Under the pieces are notes generated by a model that made no database searches, was not told where the DNA came from, and worked only from the letters and a program-made list of their open reading frames with translations. Source: Octopus vulgaris (Eukaryota). From it: a stretch of DNA of 64,000 nucleotides. Location: assembly GCA_951406725.2 (NCBI GenBank), contig OX597820.1, positions 106,764,001 through 106,828,000 of the forward strand. Direction: 5' to 3'. Shown here in pieces: positions 24,705 through 36,830 of this stretch; positions within the stretch are counted from its first letter, which is position 1, and each line of letters starts with the position of its first letter. Made by a program: the position numbers and the translations under genes.

Positions 24705-25218
24705 TATATAGAAGGAGCTTCTACAGGACTAGTACTGTTTCATTCAAGAGAAATCTTCAGGAAGCATGCTTCCTGAAGATTTCTCTTGAATGAAACAGTA
24801 CTAGTCCTGTAGAAACTCCTTCTATATAATAAATTAATTTTACTCTGCTATGTATTGAGTACCTTACTTACTGTGGTTAACCCCGAATCAACCCGGGACC
24901 TACATATCCTAGCACACCCCAGCTTCCTGAAGATTTCTCTTGAATGAAACAGTACTAGTCCTGTAGAAGCTCCTTCTATATAATAAATTAATTTTACTCT
25001 GCTATGTATTGAGTACCTTACTTACTGTGGTTAACCCCGAATCAACCCGGGACCTACATATCCTAGCACACCCCAGGAGCTTCCTGAAGATTTCTCTTGA
25101 ATGAAACAGTACTAGTCCTGTAGAAGCTCCTTCTATATAATAAATTAATTTTACTCTGCTATGTATTGAGTACCTTACTTACTGTGGTTAACCCCGAATC
25201 AACCCGGGACCTACATAT
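24699..25218. mobile_element. Inverted + tandem array of ~155-bp hammerhead-ribozyme-containing units in (TA)n (retrozyme / Penelope pLTR-like)
   Basis: Units start at 24768, 24922 and 25079. A 68-bp inverted partial unit at 24699-24766 creates a 136-bp palindrome. (TA)n flanks both sides. Confidence 0.85.
25075..25131 (+). ncRNA. Type I hammerhead ribozyme (best copy; others at ~24768-24820, ~24921-24974 and minus-strand ~24765-24713)
   Basis: Stem I AGGAGCTTC/GAAGCTCCT; core CTGAAGA; stem II (T)TTC-tctt-GAA(T); GAA; stem III ACAG-tactagtc-CTGT; cleavage triplet GTA ending at 25122. Confidence 0.75.
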
Positions 25219-25469
25219 ATATATATATATGTGTGTGTGTAAACGAATCTCATCGCAATCCTACTAATATCACGAAAACGGCATCACAAGGACTAATGTT
25301 CATTTTTAAGGACCAGGAAATACTTCAGTTCTGGTTAGTGGTTGACTCTTCAAATTTCGTGTAAGATCAACTTTGAATTTCTGCGCTCATGCACAGGACG
25401 ATACTGCTGTTTGATACACTTACATCCGAAACCGCCTCTAAAACAAGGCTATTTCGATGGAATAACAAC

Positions 25470-26090
25470 GATTGTATGATGCATGTATACAGAAAACAAT
25501 TCTACATGGTAGTGTGATGTGGGCCCTGAATGTAGAGGACATGCAAAGGCTAGAGAGGAATGAGACTAGTATGCTCCACTGGATGTGTAATGTAAATGTA
25601 CTTGTTCAACAAAGTGTATTTAGAGAGAAGACTGTGCTGGTTTGATTATGTGATGCAGATGGATGCAAATAGCTCCATAAAGAAGTTCCAATCTCTCAAA
25701 GTTGATGGAATATGTGGAAGGGGAAATACCAGGAAGACATGGGATGAAGGACAACCTCAGGACATTGAACCTTTCAGACAAGATGATGAAGGACCAAGAT
25801 ACCTGGTGCCTTGTTGTACTCAAGGAGATCCATACTCCACAGCAGAAGTGTTAAAGTCATTCCCCCTGTGAAGAGGATTGGCATGCAAGAATCCTGTGCC
25901 AGTGCCACATAAAAAGCTCTCATGCTAGTGCTATGTAAAAGCAATCAGCACTCTCTGTAAAGTGGTTGGTGTTTGAAAGGGCATCCAACCATAGAAACCA
26001 TTCCAGATCAGACTGGAGCCAACTCTGGTCAAACTGTCCAACGCATGCCAGCATGGAAAATGGATGTTAAATGATGATAATGAGGATGAA
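25470..26090 (+). mobile_element. Old degenerate RTE LINE 3' fragment
   Basis: Homologous to the 3' part of the 28150 ORF (RRLCWF..CGRG..RKTWDE) and to its 3' tail. Confidence 0.75.
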
Positions 26091-27861
26091 TATCTAAGGC
26101 TACAAGTTCTTTTGGAAAACTTTCCCATTGTTTGTGGAATAAACACGGTAAGAGTTTGAAAACTAAAATAAGCATATACAAATCTTGTATTTTGAACACA
26201 CTTTTGTATGGGGCAGAAGCATGAACTCCCTATTACAAGCATATAAAGAAACTTTAAACCTTTCACATATGCTGTCTGCACAATATCTGCAGCATAAAAT
26301 GGTAAGATAAGTTTCTGAAAAGTGTGATATAACCAGGATTAAAAGCATGCCGTAGAGAATTTGATGCAGGTAAGCATGCTGTTCGAATGTATGATGATCA
26401 CATTCGGAAAATTCTTTTGTATGGCCAACAAGGAGAGGGTTTCTGCAGTAAAAGAAAATCCCTGCTATGGTATAAGGATAAGTTGAAACAATCAGTAAAA
26501 ACCCTGCAGCTTAATTTAACATCTTTGGAAAGTTATTGCCTAGATTGATCAGAGTAGCCTAAAATGTGTCATGGTGCATCTAAACAATTTGAGTCGAAGA
26601 CACAGATCAATGAAAGAACTATATTTTATAATCAACAGACGCATTTGTTCATTCCCAGGCAAAATCAAAACTATCATTGTCCCCATTGTGACTTCTTAGC
26701 AAAATCTATACTTGAACTCAAATTACATTCCTGCATCCATCACAAATAGATGCAGCATCTTTTCTTATAAATTTTTAATCCTTTCCTTCAAACACATCGA
26801 AGTCAATGGGAATAATTATTACCATCATTGTTGTTGTTATGCTTCTTCTACAGTAAATACAACAGAATCTGTTCTGAACTACTGAGCTAGCAAGCTGCAT
26901 GCATACCATCTCTGTGTATACTTACCTATATCTCTAGGTTAGGGTCCTTTTTGTTTGGCTCTGCTGATTCTATGCTGAATTAATTTGCTATGGGATATTA
27001 TGGTACCCCAAAACTTTTTTATTCTACATAAGTTTTTTTTTGTACTAGTTAGGCATCAACCAAGTTAGAAATAAACAAAAGTATTAGATTTTGATAATTA
27101 CCAAATGAAAAACCATATAAAGTTAGAAGAGCATGATAATTCACTTGAAGCATTGTAATATTACAATGCTTCAAAAACAATGAAGATATATTTTTTAATA
27201 TATCATAAATAACTTTTTCGTGTTATCCATCTTTCATTCATTAATACTGTTCTCTACCCACACTTTCATTGATCACTCCAATCAATGAGCCATCAAATTC
27301 TCTCCTCCTCCACCACCATATGTCTCTTACACTCTTCATACACTATGCTGGCATCCCTCCCTCACTCCTGCAATCCAGCTAACCACATTTCATCTCCCAC
27401 ATCCTTCTGTCTACTTGGTCATCTTTACTATTCTGCTGCTCTTCACCATCTGTCATCTCCTATTCCTCCCCTACATCCCCTTATTCATTCATTATTGCAC
27501 ATCCATTATTCATTCCATCTGTCCTCCCTACACACTCTTTACAATTATCACCTCCTTGCCCTGACCCTCAAACATTTACACTCCTGGTCCCTCATTCTCA
27601 CTCACTTCTTACACATTTTGTACTTTAAGGGTCCTCTACTATTTTTATCTTTTTTCCAGCTTCACCCAATCACTCCCACTACCTCTTCTAAAATGCGAAT
27701 AGTTATGAAGCTCCTCTACTGCAAGAAATCTCTGCTCTGGACCCTTAGCTCATACTTTTACTCCTCATCTCCTAGCATAAAGTTGTCTCCTTGGGGCTTA
27801 TATTCTTCAAGCAGCATGACAACCTTGCTAGTGTTGGTGACACAGAAAAATCATCCAGTAT

Positions 27862-27946
27862 ATGCATTAGGAAGGACATCCAGCCATAGATGCATTAGGA
27901 AGGACATCCAGCCATAGATGCATTAGGAAGGACATCCAGCCATAGA
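27862..27946 (+). repeat. 28-bp tandem triplication within an RTE-tail fragment
   Basis: ATGCATTAGGAAGGACATCCAGCCATAG x3. Confidence 0.85.
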
Positions 27947-28149
27947 AATCATGCCAAAGTAGTTTGGAGGATGAAGCAGTCCTTGGGCCCATTAGATCAC
28001 GTCAAACCATCCAGCCCATGCCAGCACAGAACATGACATTAAGTGATGAAGATTATGGTGTTAAAAGCAACTACATTGTGGAAGAGCTATTCTAACCATT
28101 TAATAACACACAAAACTGTTAAATTCACTTTGAATTTATTTTATGAATA

Positions 28150-29580
28150 TTGAACTACAGAGGTATCAAGCTGTTGGATCAGGTGATGAAGGTTACGGAG
28201 AGGGTCATAGCCCAACTAATTAGAGAGAGAGTTAGTTTAGATGAGATGCAGTTTGGGTTTGTGCCAGGGAAAAGTACTACTGATGCTATATTCCTGGTAA
28301 GGCAGCTGCAGGAGAAATACCTAGCCAAAGATAAGCCCCTGTACCTGGCTTTTGTTGACATGGAGAAAGCCTTAGACAGGGTCCCCCGATCCCTTATCTG
28401 GTGGGCAATGAGGAAACTAGGGATAGATGAATGGTTAGTGAGAGCTGTGCGGGCCATGTATAGGGACGCTGCTTGTAGGGTGAGGGTTGGAAATGAGTAC
28501 AGTGAAGAATTCCGGGTAGAGGTAGGGGTCCACCAAGGCTCAGTACTCAGCCCCCTCCTATTTATCATAGTCCTCCAGGCAATAACGGAGGAATTCAAGA
28601 CAGGATGCCCTTGGGAGCTCCTCTATGCTGATGACCTTGCTCTAATTGCTGAGTCGCTATCAGAACTGGAGGAGAAGTTTCAGGTGTGGAAACAAGGATT
28701 AGAATCGAAGGGCCTCAGAGTCAATCTAGCTAAAACCAAAGTCGTAATCAGTAGGAAGGTAGACAAATCACAAACACCTTCAGGTAGATGGCCCTGCTCG
28801 ATCTGTAGAAAAGGTGTAGGTAGAAACTCTATAAGATGCACCAAGTATAAGCTATGGACACATAAGAGATGCAGCAATGTCAAAGGAAGGCTAACTAGGA
28901 AGATGGTTTTTGTATGTGGCAGATGCTCAGGAACAATAAACACTGAAAATGCTCTGAGACCAACTTCCGTCACTTTCCAGGGAGACAAACTAGAAATAGT
29001 TGATAGTTTCCGTTACCTAGGTGACCAAGTCAGCAGCGGGGGCGGGTGTGCTGAAAGTGTAACTGCTAGAGTAAGAATAGCTTGGGCAAAGTTCAGAGAG
29101 CTCTTACCTCTGCTGGTGACAAAAGGCCTCTCGCACAGAGTGAAAGGCAGACTGTATGATGCGTGTGTACGAACAGCCATGCTACATGGCAGTGAAACAT
29201 GGGCCGTGACTGCTGAGGACATGCGTAAGCTTGCAAGGGATGAAGCGAGTATGATCCGATTGATGTGTAATGTCAGTGTTCATACTCGACAGAGTGTAAG
29301 TACCTTGAGAGAAAAGCTGGACCTAAGAAGCATCAGTTGTGGTGTGCAAGAGAGACGTTTGTGCTGGTATGGTCATGTGGCGAGAATGGATGAAGATAGT
29401 TGTGTGAAAAAGTGCCACACCCTAGCGGTTGAGGGAACCTGTGGAAGAGGCAGACCCAGGAAAACCTGGGACGAGGTGGTGAAGCACGACCTTCGAACTT
29501 TAGGTCTCACTGAGGAAATGACTAGAGACCGAGACCTCTGGAAGTGTGCTGTGCGCGAGAAGACCCGGCAGGACAAGTGA
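28150..29580 (+). CDS. RTE LINE reverse transcriptase (partial, uninterrupted 476 aa) with PHD-like insertion
   Basis: NYRGIKLL, QFGF, FVDMEKA, GVHQGSVLSPLLF, LYADDL, FRYLG and RGRPRKTW motifs. There is no true ATG start and no endonuclease domain (5' truncated). Confidence 0.9.
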   Translation: MNYRGIKLLDQVMKVTERVIAQLIRERVSLDEMQFGFVPGKSTTDAIFLVRQLQEKYLAKDKPLYLAFVDMEKALDRVPRSLIWWAMRKLGIDEWLVRAVRAMYRDAACRVRVGNEYSEEFRVEVGVHQGSVLSPLLFIIVLQAITEEFKTGCPWELLYADDLALIAESLSELEEKFQVWKQGLESKGLRVNLAKTKVVISRKVDKSQTPSGRWPCSICRKGVGRNSIRCTKYKLWTHKRCSNVKGRLTRKMVFVCGRCSGTINTENALRPTSVTFQGDKLEIVDSFRYLGDQVSSGGGCAESVTARVRIAWAKFRELLPLLVTKGLSHRVKGRLYDACVRTAMLHGSETWAVTAEDMRKLARDEASMIRLMCNVSVHTRQSVSTLREKLDLRSISCGVQERRLCWYGHVARMDEDSCVKKCHTLAVEGTCGRGRPRKTWDEVVKHDLRTLGLTEEMTRDRDLWKCAVREKTRQDK

Positions 29581-30072
29581 GTCCATAACCTGTGGCCTTC
29601 TACATGGGATGGAGCCAGCCTACGTATGCATACCTTCCCTTCTTGGGACACAAAACTCTACTTGTGAAGACGTGTTGAGGCAAGTGAGGATCAGAATCGA
29701 AATCGATCAATGGAAATTGCGGATGTGTTACTAGTGCCGGTGGCATGTAAGAGAACTTTCCGTTTCGCGACCGTTGCCAGCACCGCCCCGTTTCGTGTCC
29801 GTTGCCAGCCTCGCCTGGCCCTCGTGCCGGTGGCACATAAAAAGCACCATCCGTTCGTGGCCGTTTGCCAGCTCTGTCTGGCACCAGTGCGGGTGGCACG
29901 TAAAAAGCACCCACTACACTCACGGAGTGGTTGGCGTTAGGAAGGGCATCAAGCCGTAGAAACACTGCCAGATTTGACTGGGCCTGATGAAGCCTTCTGG
30001 CTTCACAGCCCCCAGTAGAACCGTCCAACCCATGCTAGCATGGAAAACGGACGCTAAACGATGATGATGATG
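28150..30072 (+). mobile_element. 5'-truncated RTE-clade LINE with 3' UTR and (GAT)n tail
   Basis: RT ORF followed by a 3' UTR with GTGCCGGTGGCAC subrepeats and an ATGATGATG tail. Confidence 0.93.
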
Positions 30073-30617
30073 AACATTCCATTGCACAAATGTGACTAAG
30101 TTACAGTTGTATAACAGAATGTTTGATACTTCAAGAAATATATTTGTATTGAAAGTAAATGTAACAATTTTGGTGTGTTATTAATTTGCTGAAATGGATC
30201 TTCCACACTGTAAATGCTTTAGTTTCATTACAGTCTCAGTGCTAGGTGAGTTCTACTTCAGTCTCTTTAGGGACCATTCTATGCACAATTTAACTGAATT
30301 TGGCATAAAGACACAACCGGGACATGTGGCACAATTCAGCTCTATGAATGGTGTCAGTCACTTGGTACGATCCACACGGGCTGGAGTCTGTGTGGATTTG
30401 TTCACAGCTGATAAACAGATTTAGAGTTTTATTTCTTCTTTTTACAAGAGTATGTTATACCAGACTTGTCTCTTTTCCTTCCCCTATAACCCAAAGTGTA
30501 AATTTGTAGTCTAGAAAATATAAGTTTGCTCCTTTTATTTATGTATTTTGGTAGAGAAGTTTTTAAAATCCAGTAAAACTAACATATTTTTATGATATAT
30601 ATATTATATATTATACA

Positions 30618-30870
30618 TCCCGTGCCGGTGGCACATAAAAAGCACCATCCAATCGTGGCCGTTTGCCAGCCTCGTCTGGCACCCGTGCCGGTGGCACGTA
30701 AAAAGCACCCACTACACTCACGGAGTGGTTGGCGTTAGGAAGGGCATCCAGCCGTAGAAACATTGCCAGATCAGACTGGGCCTGGTGCAGCCTTCTGGCT
30801 TCCCAGACCCCAGTTGAACCATCCAACCCATGCTAGCATGGAAAGTGGACGCTGAATGATGATGATGATA
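30618..30870 (+). mobile_element. RTE 3'-end fragment
   Basis: Near-identical to 29820-30072. Confidence 0.85.
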
Positions 30871-31659
30871 CATATTAACACTTTACAGTATACTTACAGA
30901 TCTACATATATCTATACATTGATCTAAAACAACAGGAATATTAAAAGAAGGCTGGAATTTAATAGAAGAGAAAACCAAAAGGTTCCATGCTATTCATTTA
31001 AAAATTATTGAGTAGAATTTATTATTACCTCTGCCTTTGAAACTATTTTGAATGGAGAATTTGTTAACTTTGACTTGTATTAGATAAGGATAAACTATTT
31101 ATTACTGTTACTAAATTTTCTACAGCCCCTTTCACATTCCATGACTACCATTGGGATCGATCAGGTACTGGACAAGGATTCTGGATTATTTTTCCGGTTG
31201 AGAGCGATCAGGTTCATTTTTAGTATTCTCGTTTGCAAGAGCAGTCGAATTTATTATTTCAGATATTCTCGTTTTAAAAATCATCTCTGGCTAATCGTTG
31301 AAGGACGTTGGTGTTGCCTTGGCATTGGTTTGCACTCTCTGAGTGCTCTTGTTATTTATTATTATTAAGACAGCAAGCAGTCAAAATTGCTATTATGCCA
31401 GACAAGGCACATTCCCTCTGGTTTTGCATTTTGAGTTCAAATGCCACTGAGGTTGACTTTACCTTTCATCCTTTCAGGGTCAATAAAATAAGTACCAATT
31501 AATTACTGGGGTCAATATAATGACTATCCCCACTCCTCTGAAATTTCAGGCCTTGTGTCAATAGTAGAAAGGATTATTATAATTATTATTCTAAGCTCAG
31601 TTCCCACCAAGGTCAATTTTGCCTTGAACATTAGGGTCGAAGTTGTCTTACTAGATAAT

Positions 31660-33505
31660 GATAAATTCCAGAAGAGAGGATATTCAAAGTTATGTTTGGC
31701 TATTCAGATGGTCAAATTTATACAGCACCATTAGGATTAACTTAGATGAGATGCAGTTTGGTTTTGTGCCAAGGAAAAGTACTATTATCATTCTAGAAAG
31801 GCAACTGCAGGAGAAACACCTAGTAAAAATTAAACTGCTGTACTTTGCATCTGTTGATATAGAAAAAGCCATTGACAGGGTCCTTTGCTCACATACCTGG
31901 TGGTTGATACGGAAGCTAGAAGAGTAGTTGTTGAGAGCAGTCCAAACCATGTACAGGGACACTGTCTGTAAGGTGAAAGTCTGCACTGAGTACAACAATG
32001 AATTTAGTGTGCAGATAGGATCTCATCAAGAATCAGTCTTCAGACTCTTGTTTATCATAGTCCTCCAGGCAGTTTAAAACTAGTTGCCCTTGGGAGCTTC
32101 TCTATACCAATGACATTGTTCTTATAGCTGATTCTCTCCACTAGAGTAAGAGAAGAAACTTCAGGTGTGAAAGCAAGGACTTGAATCTAAAGAACCTGTA
32201 AACGACCGTGCGAAGGAGAAGTGACGAGAATGGCTCCTTTAGTACATCGCACGGTCGCAGAAGGAAAAAAAGAGACACAACCAGGTAGAAATGTTTAAGA
32301 GAAGATTTTATTGATAGGTTAACGTGTGTCTGTGTGTGCGTCATGTATACATAATAATAGACCGTCATGTATACATAATGTGTATGAAGAAACATGGATG
32401 TATGCGTGTGCGATAAGTACAGAGCATTGAAAGAGTCTATAATATGACATTAGAAGAATGTTTAAACACAAGGATGATAAATACTAGTTCGTGGTCAGGG
32501 TACACGATAGTTGAAGTGCTGCAACAAGAACTTGAGGCTGCAATGCAGAGACAGTTGAGGCACATGTCATGCATGAAGCTTGTGGCTACTATGGAGAGCC
32601 GGTTACTTGGTACAGAAAGTTCTCGCAGATTGTGCTTGCTGTTAACCATGGTGAAGTAATTCACGAACAGTGTTGAGATAGTACCTGTGCAAGTGCTGCT
32701 GGTTGCTGTGTATGTATAGAGATGTTGTTGACGTTAAGCTGATGGAAGCGACGAAGAAAGTGACTGCCGTATGCTGTTGGACGGGTGTTGCTGGAACTGG
32801 CTGTGTGCTCTGTGGTTAGTGGTTAGACCTTACGAGGTCTGGAACTGAAAGACTAAAGACGGTGTAAAGCTAGCGTTTTATACTATGCTATTGACTCACC
32901 AGAAGTTTGAAAGAGAGTGTCTCACATGACCTTATCAGAAAGCTGTGATTCGTTGGGTTGCATATTGGCGCACAATAGAGCAAGAGACAAATTGCGCCAA
33001 TACTAACCAATCAGAGTAGTGGACACAACAGGGTCCAAAAGGGTTGCCGAAGGCTAGCTGTTAACTACTACGTCCATATTTATGTATATATAACAGACCT
33101 AAGCGTATGCTACAGACCTAAGAAATAATTTAGCAAATATCAAAGTACTAGTAAGCAATAAAACAGACAAATTACTAATAATCCCTAGAGAGAAATGGTC
33201 CTGTTCAAAATGTAGAAATTCCATTTGGAGTACCCAGTGCAAGTGAGGCACACATAAGAGGTGCAGTGGAATCACAGGAAAGTTAACAGAAATTAGTCCA
33301 TAAATATGCGGGTACAATGAACACTAAGGACTTTTCCTCAATTGTGCTGAGGGACCCTTGGATGTAGTAGATAGTTTTCATTACCTAGGTGACCAAGTTA
33401 GCAGTAGAGGAGGTTGCTCTGAAAGCATGGTTGCAAGAATAAGAATAGGTTGGACTAAGTTCAGAGAGCTGTTACCTTTGTTGATCCCCAAGGGTCTCTC
33501 TTTAC
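31660..33505 (+). mobile_element. Old degenerate RTE LINE interrupted by a solo LTR
   Basis: LDEMQFGFVP..ASVDIEKA (31658-31927). Homology to the 28150 copy stops at 32196 and resumes at 33115. Confidence 0.8.
32197..33114 (-). mobile_element. Probable solo LTR (~918 bp)
   Basis: TGTA...TACA termini and a 4-bp TSD with one mismatch (AACC/GACC). It interrupts the RTE cleanly. The minus strand has TATAAAA (~32880) upstream of AATAAA (~32310), and no TE coding motifs are present. Confidence 0.7.
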
Positions 33506-34069
33506 AAAAAATGTTTCTATGTTAGACTAATTTCTACAAAGTAGCAAGCTTCAATTCCTAGTAACTGAAATTGTTGACCATCTGCTCACTCTCAATACAA
33601 AATATTTTCACAAAAGCAAGGTTCTCTCCAGAGCAGCATCACATGGATGTAAGTTGCCAACTTTGTCATTTCTTACACCAACCTTACAAAAGATGTATAA
33701 CAGGGTTTTGATGGGTGACTGGATATTGTTTAGGCTGCGTATTGTTCCCATATAAAACCATGTTAGAAAAATTCATGTAGTAATTTTACAACACTAAGCA
33801 TTTCAACATTGTGTTGCAAAAGATGTTCATGCAATTAATGGAAACAGTCAAGTAGCAATAACATAATATGACATGTAAGGAAAATGTTTAACACTTGGGC
33901 TTGGTTTTGCCATATTAAGTGAATATACAGGTGTCGTCATGTCTTCGATATTTTCAATTAAATATTCAGCTGTCAGAAGCAATTGAAAGATTGTAATTCA
34001 AGGCAAAAGTGGAGAAAATCATAACAGCTTGGATGTCTTGACACTGCAAAATTGGTGCCTTTATTGGCT

Positions 34070-34800
34070 TTATTCATGGAAAGTTTTAGACATGCTAAAG
34101 AACTCTTGTCTTGAGAGTGGGGAACACGAAGACGGACAGGAAATACTACATGAGAAGCCAGGATGCACAGGGGGAATGGACTGTGGTGGAGCTAGCAGAA
34201 AGTGAGGTAGAGGGAGATCTTGGCATCTTGATCGACAAAGGGCTGACATTCGGGAACCACATAAACCAAGCAACTGTAAAAGCAAATTGAATCCTTGGAG
34301 TCATCCAACAATCGTTTGACTTCATCACCTTTGTTGTCTTCGTCCAGCTGTACAAGTCTCTAGTTCATCCGATTCTTGAATATGGACACACAGTTTGGCA
34401 ACCCCAGCATAAGGCAATGTGTTGCAAGTTGGAAGATGTTCAGGGGCATGCCACCAAACTCATTGCATCCTTGAAAGAAAAGCCATACCCAGAGTGTTTG
34501 GCTGCACGAAACCTGCCTAGTCTCGCAAATCAACATCTCAGTGGGGATATGATTAACATGTATAAGTATATGCATTGCCTGTACCTGACGAACCACTTCT
34601 AAAGCAGAAATATGAGAAGACACAGCCTGAAATTGGAAAGATCACACTGCAGGCTCAACATTAGAAGCTGCTTTTTCGTACAGCGTGTGACTGCCACCTG
34701 GAACAGTCTGCCAAACAGTGTGGTTGCAGCTCCATGAGTCAATACCTTCAAGAACAAGCTTGACACACACTGAAGGGAGCTCCCTGCAAAATTTACTATC
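34070..34800 (+). mobile_element. Degenerate CR1/L2-like LINE 3' fragment
   Basis: RDLGILIDKGLTF, LYKSLVHPILEYG..W.P, LEDVQGHATK and FFVQRV..TWNSLP, with stops. Confidence 0.75.
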
Positions 34801-35399
34801 AGCTGTTTGTTACTATAAGCTACAACTGGTCGAAGTGTTGTACCACACATGACAAATTAGTTGTACTAGTGGAAAAGGACCTGTAGACAAGCTTCAACAT
34901 GGAAACCATCCAGTATGGACAAAATATCAGTTGCATACATGATCAAACTGATTGAATTATGATTTGAAATTTGTATGTGGCAAAACATGGGTTCAAATCC
35001 AATGCTACAGATGTATTTTTAAGTTGATAGTGGTTCTGTGACTTGTAATACATTGACACTGTGGAATGTATTGTCTTTCATGTTCATAAACAGCAACAGA
35101 ATACCTAAGCATAATATGACACAGGCTATCAGTATACTTCCATTTTTCACAATACATGTGTAAGCTTGGATTCTTGAATGTACCATGTCAAGTCAAAGAC
35201 TAGATGTTGGCTTGTTCCAAGCTCAAATAATATGAAGCTGGTTCTGTTAATAATTAACCATATATCTAAAATCTGGTATTGACAGAATTATCCATTTCAC
35301 TAGGTCTAAAAGAATTTTATAAAAGTAAGTACTGAACAGTACCTGAATTGTACACTTCTGCTTTATATTATTCACAATTTTAAGCAGGGATAACTTGAA

Positions 35400-35757
35400 A
35401 TTGTCAGACGGGAAGTAGGAATAGAACCCTTGTGGGGAGCCAACGAAACGCTGCCCTACAGGATGTAAAACGATTTTTGCTACAGTTAAAAAGCGGTACG
35501 TTATACTCCGGTATTGCGATCACACTTCCCAATCATCATCCAAAATATAGAACAATTGTCCTTATATTAAAAAATCGAACAGTATTAGGCGTGTATGTGT
35601 TTCCTATAAATTAAGACAATGCAGGCAGGAAACCTATCCCAGGGGGGAGATGGCACCGCTGTTTAAAGACCAACCGGAAGTCACGTGGTTACTTTAGAAA
35701 TTTTTTTTACCCGACAGCAAATAGCAGACGGGTTTGATTAGGAACCTGAGTAATTAG
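35400..35757 (+). promoter_or_regulatory. Probable promoter / non-coding first exon of the metallophosphoesterase gene
   Basis: CpG-retaining unique DNA containing ACCGGAAGTCACGTGG (ETS site overlapping an E-box) at ~35672-35688. Donor AG|GTAAGG at 35757. Confidence 0.5.
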
Positions 35758-36830
35758 GTAAGGCTGTTTATCTTTTGCTTAACCAAATATGCGGAATGCC
35801 ATTCAAGTTCATTATTATGAAGTCCTCGAATTATCGATTGCAATTCTTGTTAAAAAACTTGCTTTACTCCTCAATGTATTATTAACAGCAGATGCTATAG
35901 TATTTCTTTCTCACCACTTGTATACAAATTAAATTACCTTCAGTATCTTTTTCCCAGTGTTTGAATATGAATTCTGCATTCATGATCGCTGATATATATT
36001 CCTTTAAATTACGAATATGTCGCGACTATTTTGTTTACGATCATTTCGTAACCTAAATGTTATGCGAATGTTGTAACACATGAATTTTAAAAGCTAAAAA
36101 CCTATAAAATAAGAAATGATTGAATACATTGGGTTCCCGTTTTCATAATCTTATTCACTTAATTATTTAATATTTGTGAGGAAATTTCATGTTTTATACG
36201 CTTTATTTTCATGCGTAAATTTAAAAATCACCATAACACTGTTGTATTTTGTTAAAAGATTTATATGATAATGAGCTTAGACAACAAATTTAGGTTATTG
36301 AAAAATTACCAACTAAATAAGTAATAGTATTTACAACACTATAATAGATTCTGAACAATGAATCACCAGTCCAGAGGTTATTTTTCTTACAAACTGTAAA
36401 CAGCATCCTTCAAACTTGATGTTTGCGTCGATTATATATTGAAAAAGCTTTCCTGTTCTGTAAATGACACAGATGTCACATCTTCATTCTGCTTGACGAT
36501 AACAGTTGAAATCTAGTCGCCTTATTTCGAACACTTGTTTCTCTTTCTTCAGGATGCTGCCATATCGTACAATCGAAGCTTATAAGAAAGTAAAAGTAAA
36601 AGAGGATAACATTGAGTCAAGGTGGTAAGATAAAAACAAGATTCTTGTTGGATGAATTATGATCTTCATTTTCTAGAGGAGCTACGTTTCCACTAATTAA
36701 CTCAACGGCAATTCGGTTTCTTTTAAGAAAATTGCACTGCTTGATGAAAGAGACTCATCGAAAGTACAGTTCAGATTTAAGGTGGGAAGTATTTTTTCTA
36801 AGTGCTAGGTGCTTAAATTGTTTAAAATAA

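Noticed and set aside
24768-25218. CRISPR array interpretation of the tandem units
   Set aside because: The whole units are identical with no unique spacers, the context is eukaryotic and there are no cas genes.
27285-27917. 210-aa His/Leu/Ser-rich ORF
   Set aside because: It lies in pyrimidine-rich low-complexity sequence running into a repeat tail and has no domain motifs.
28179-29651. Antisense ORFs over RTE copies (also 40250-41273 and 61491-62066)
   Set aside because: They are shadow frames of the RT coding strand.
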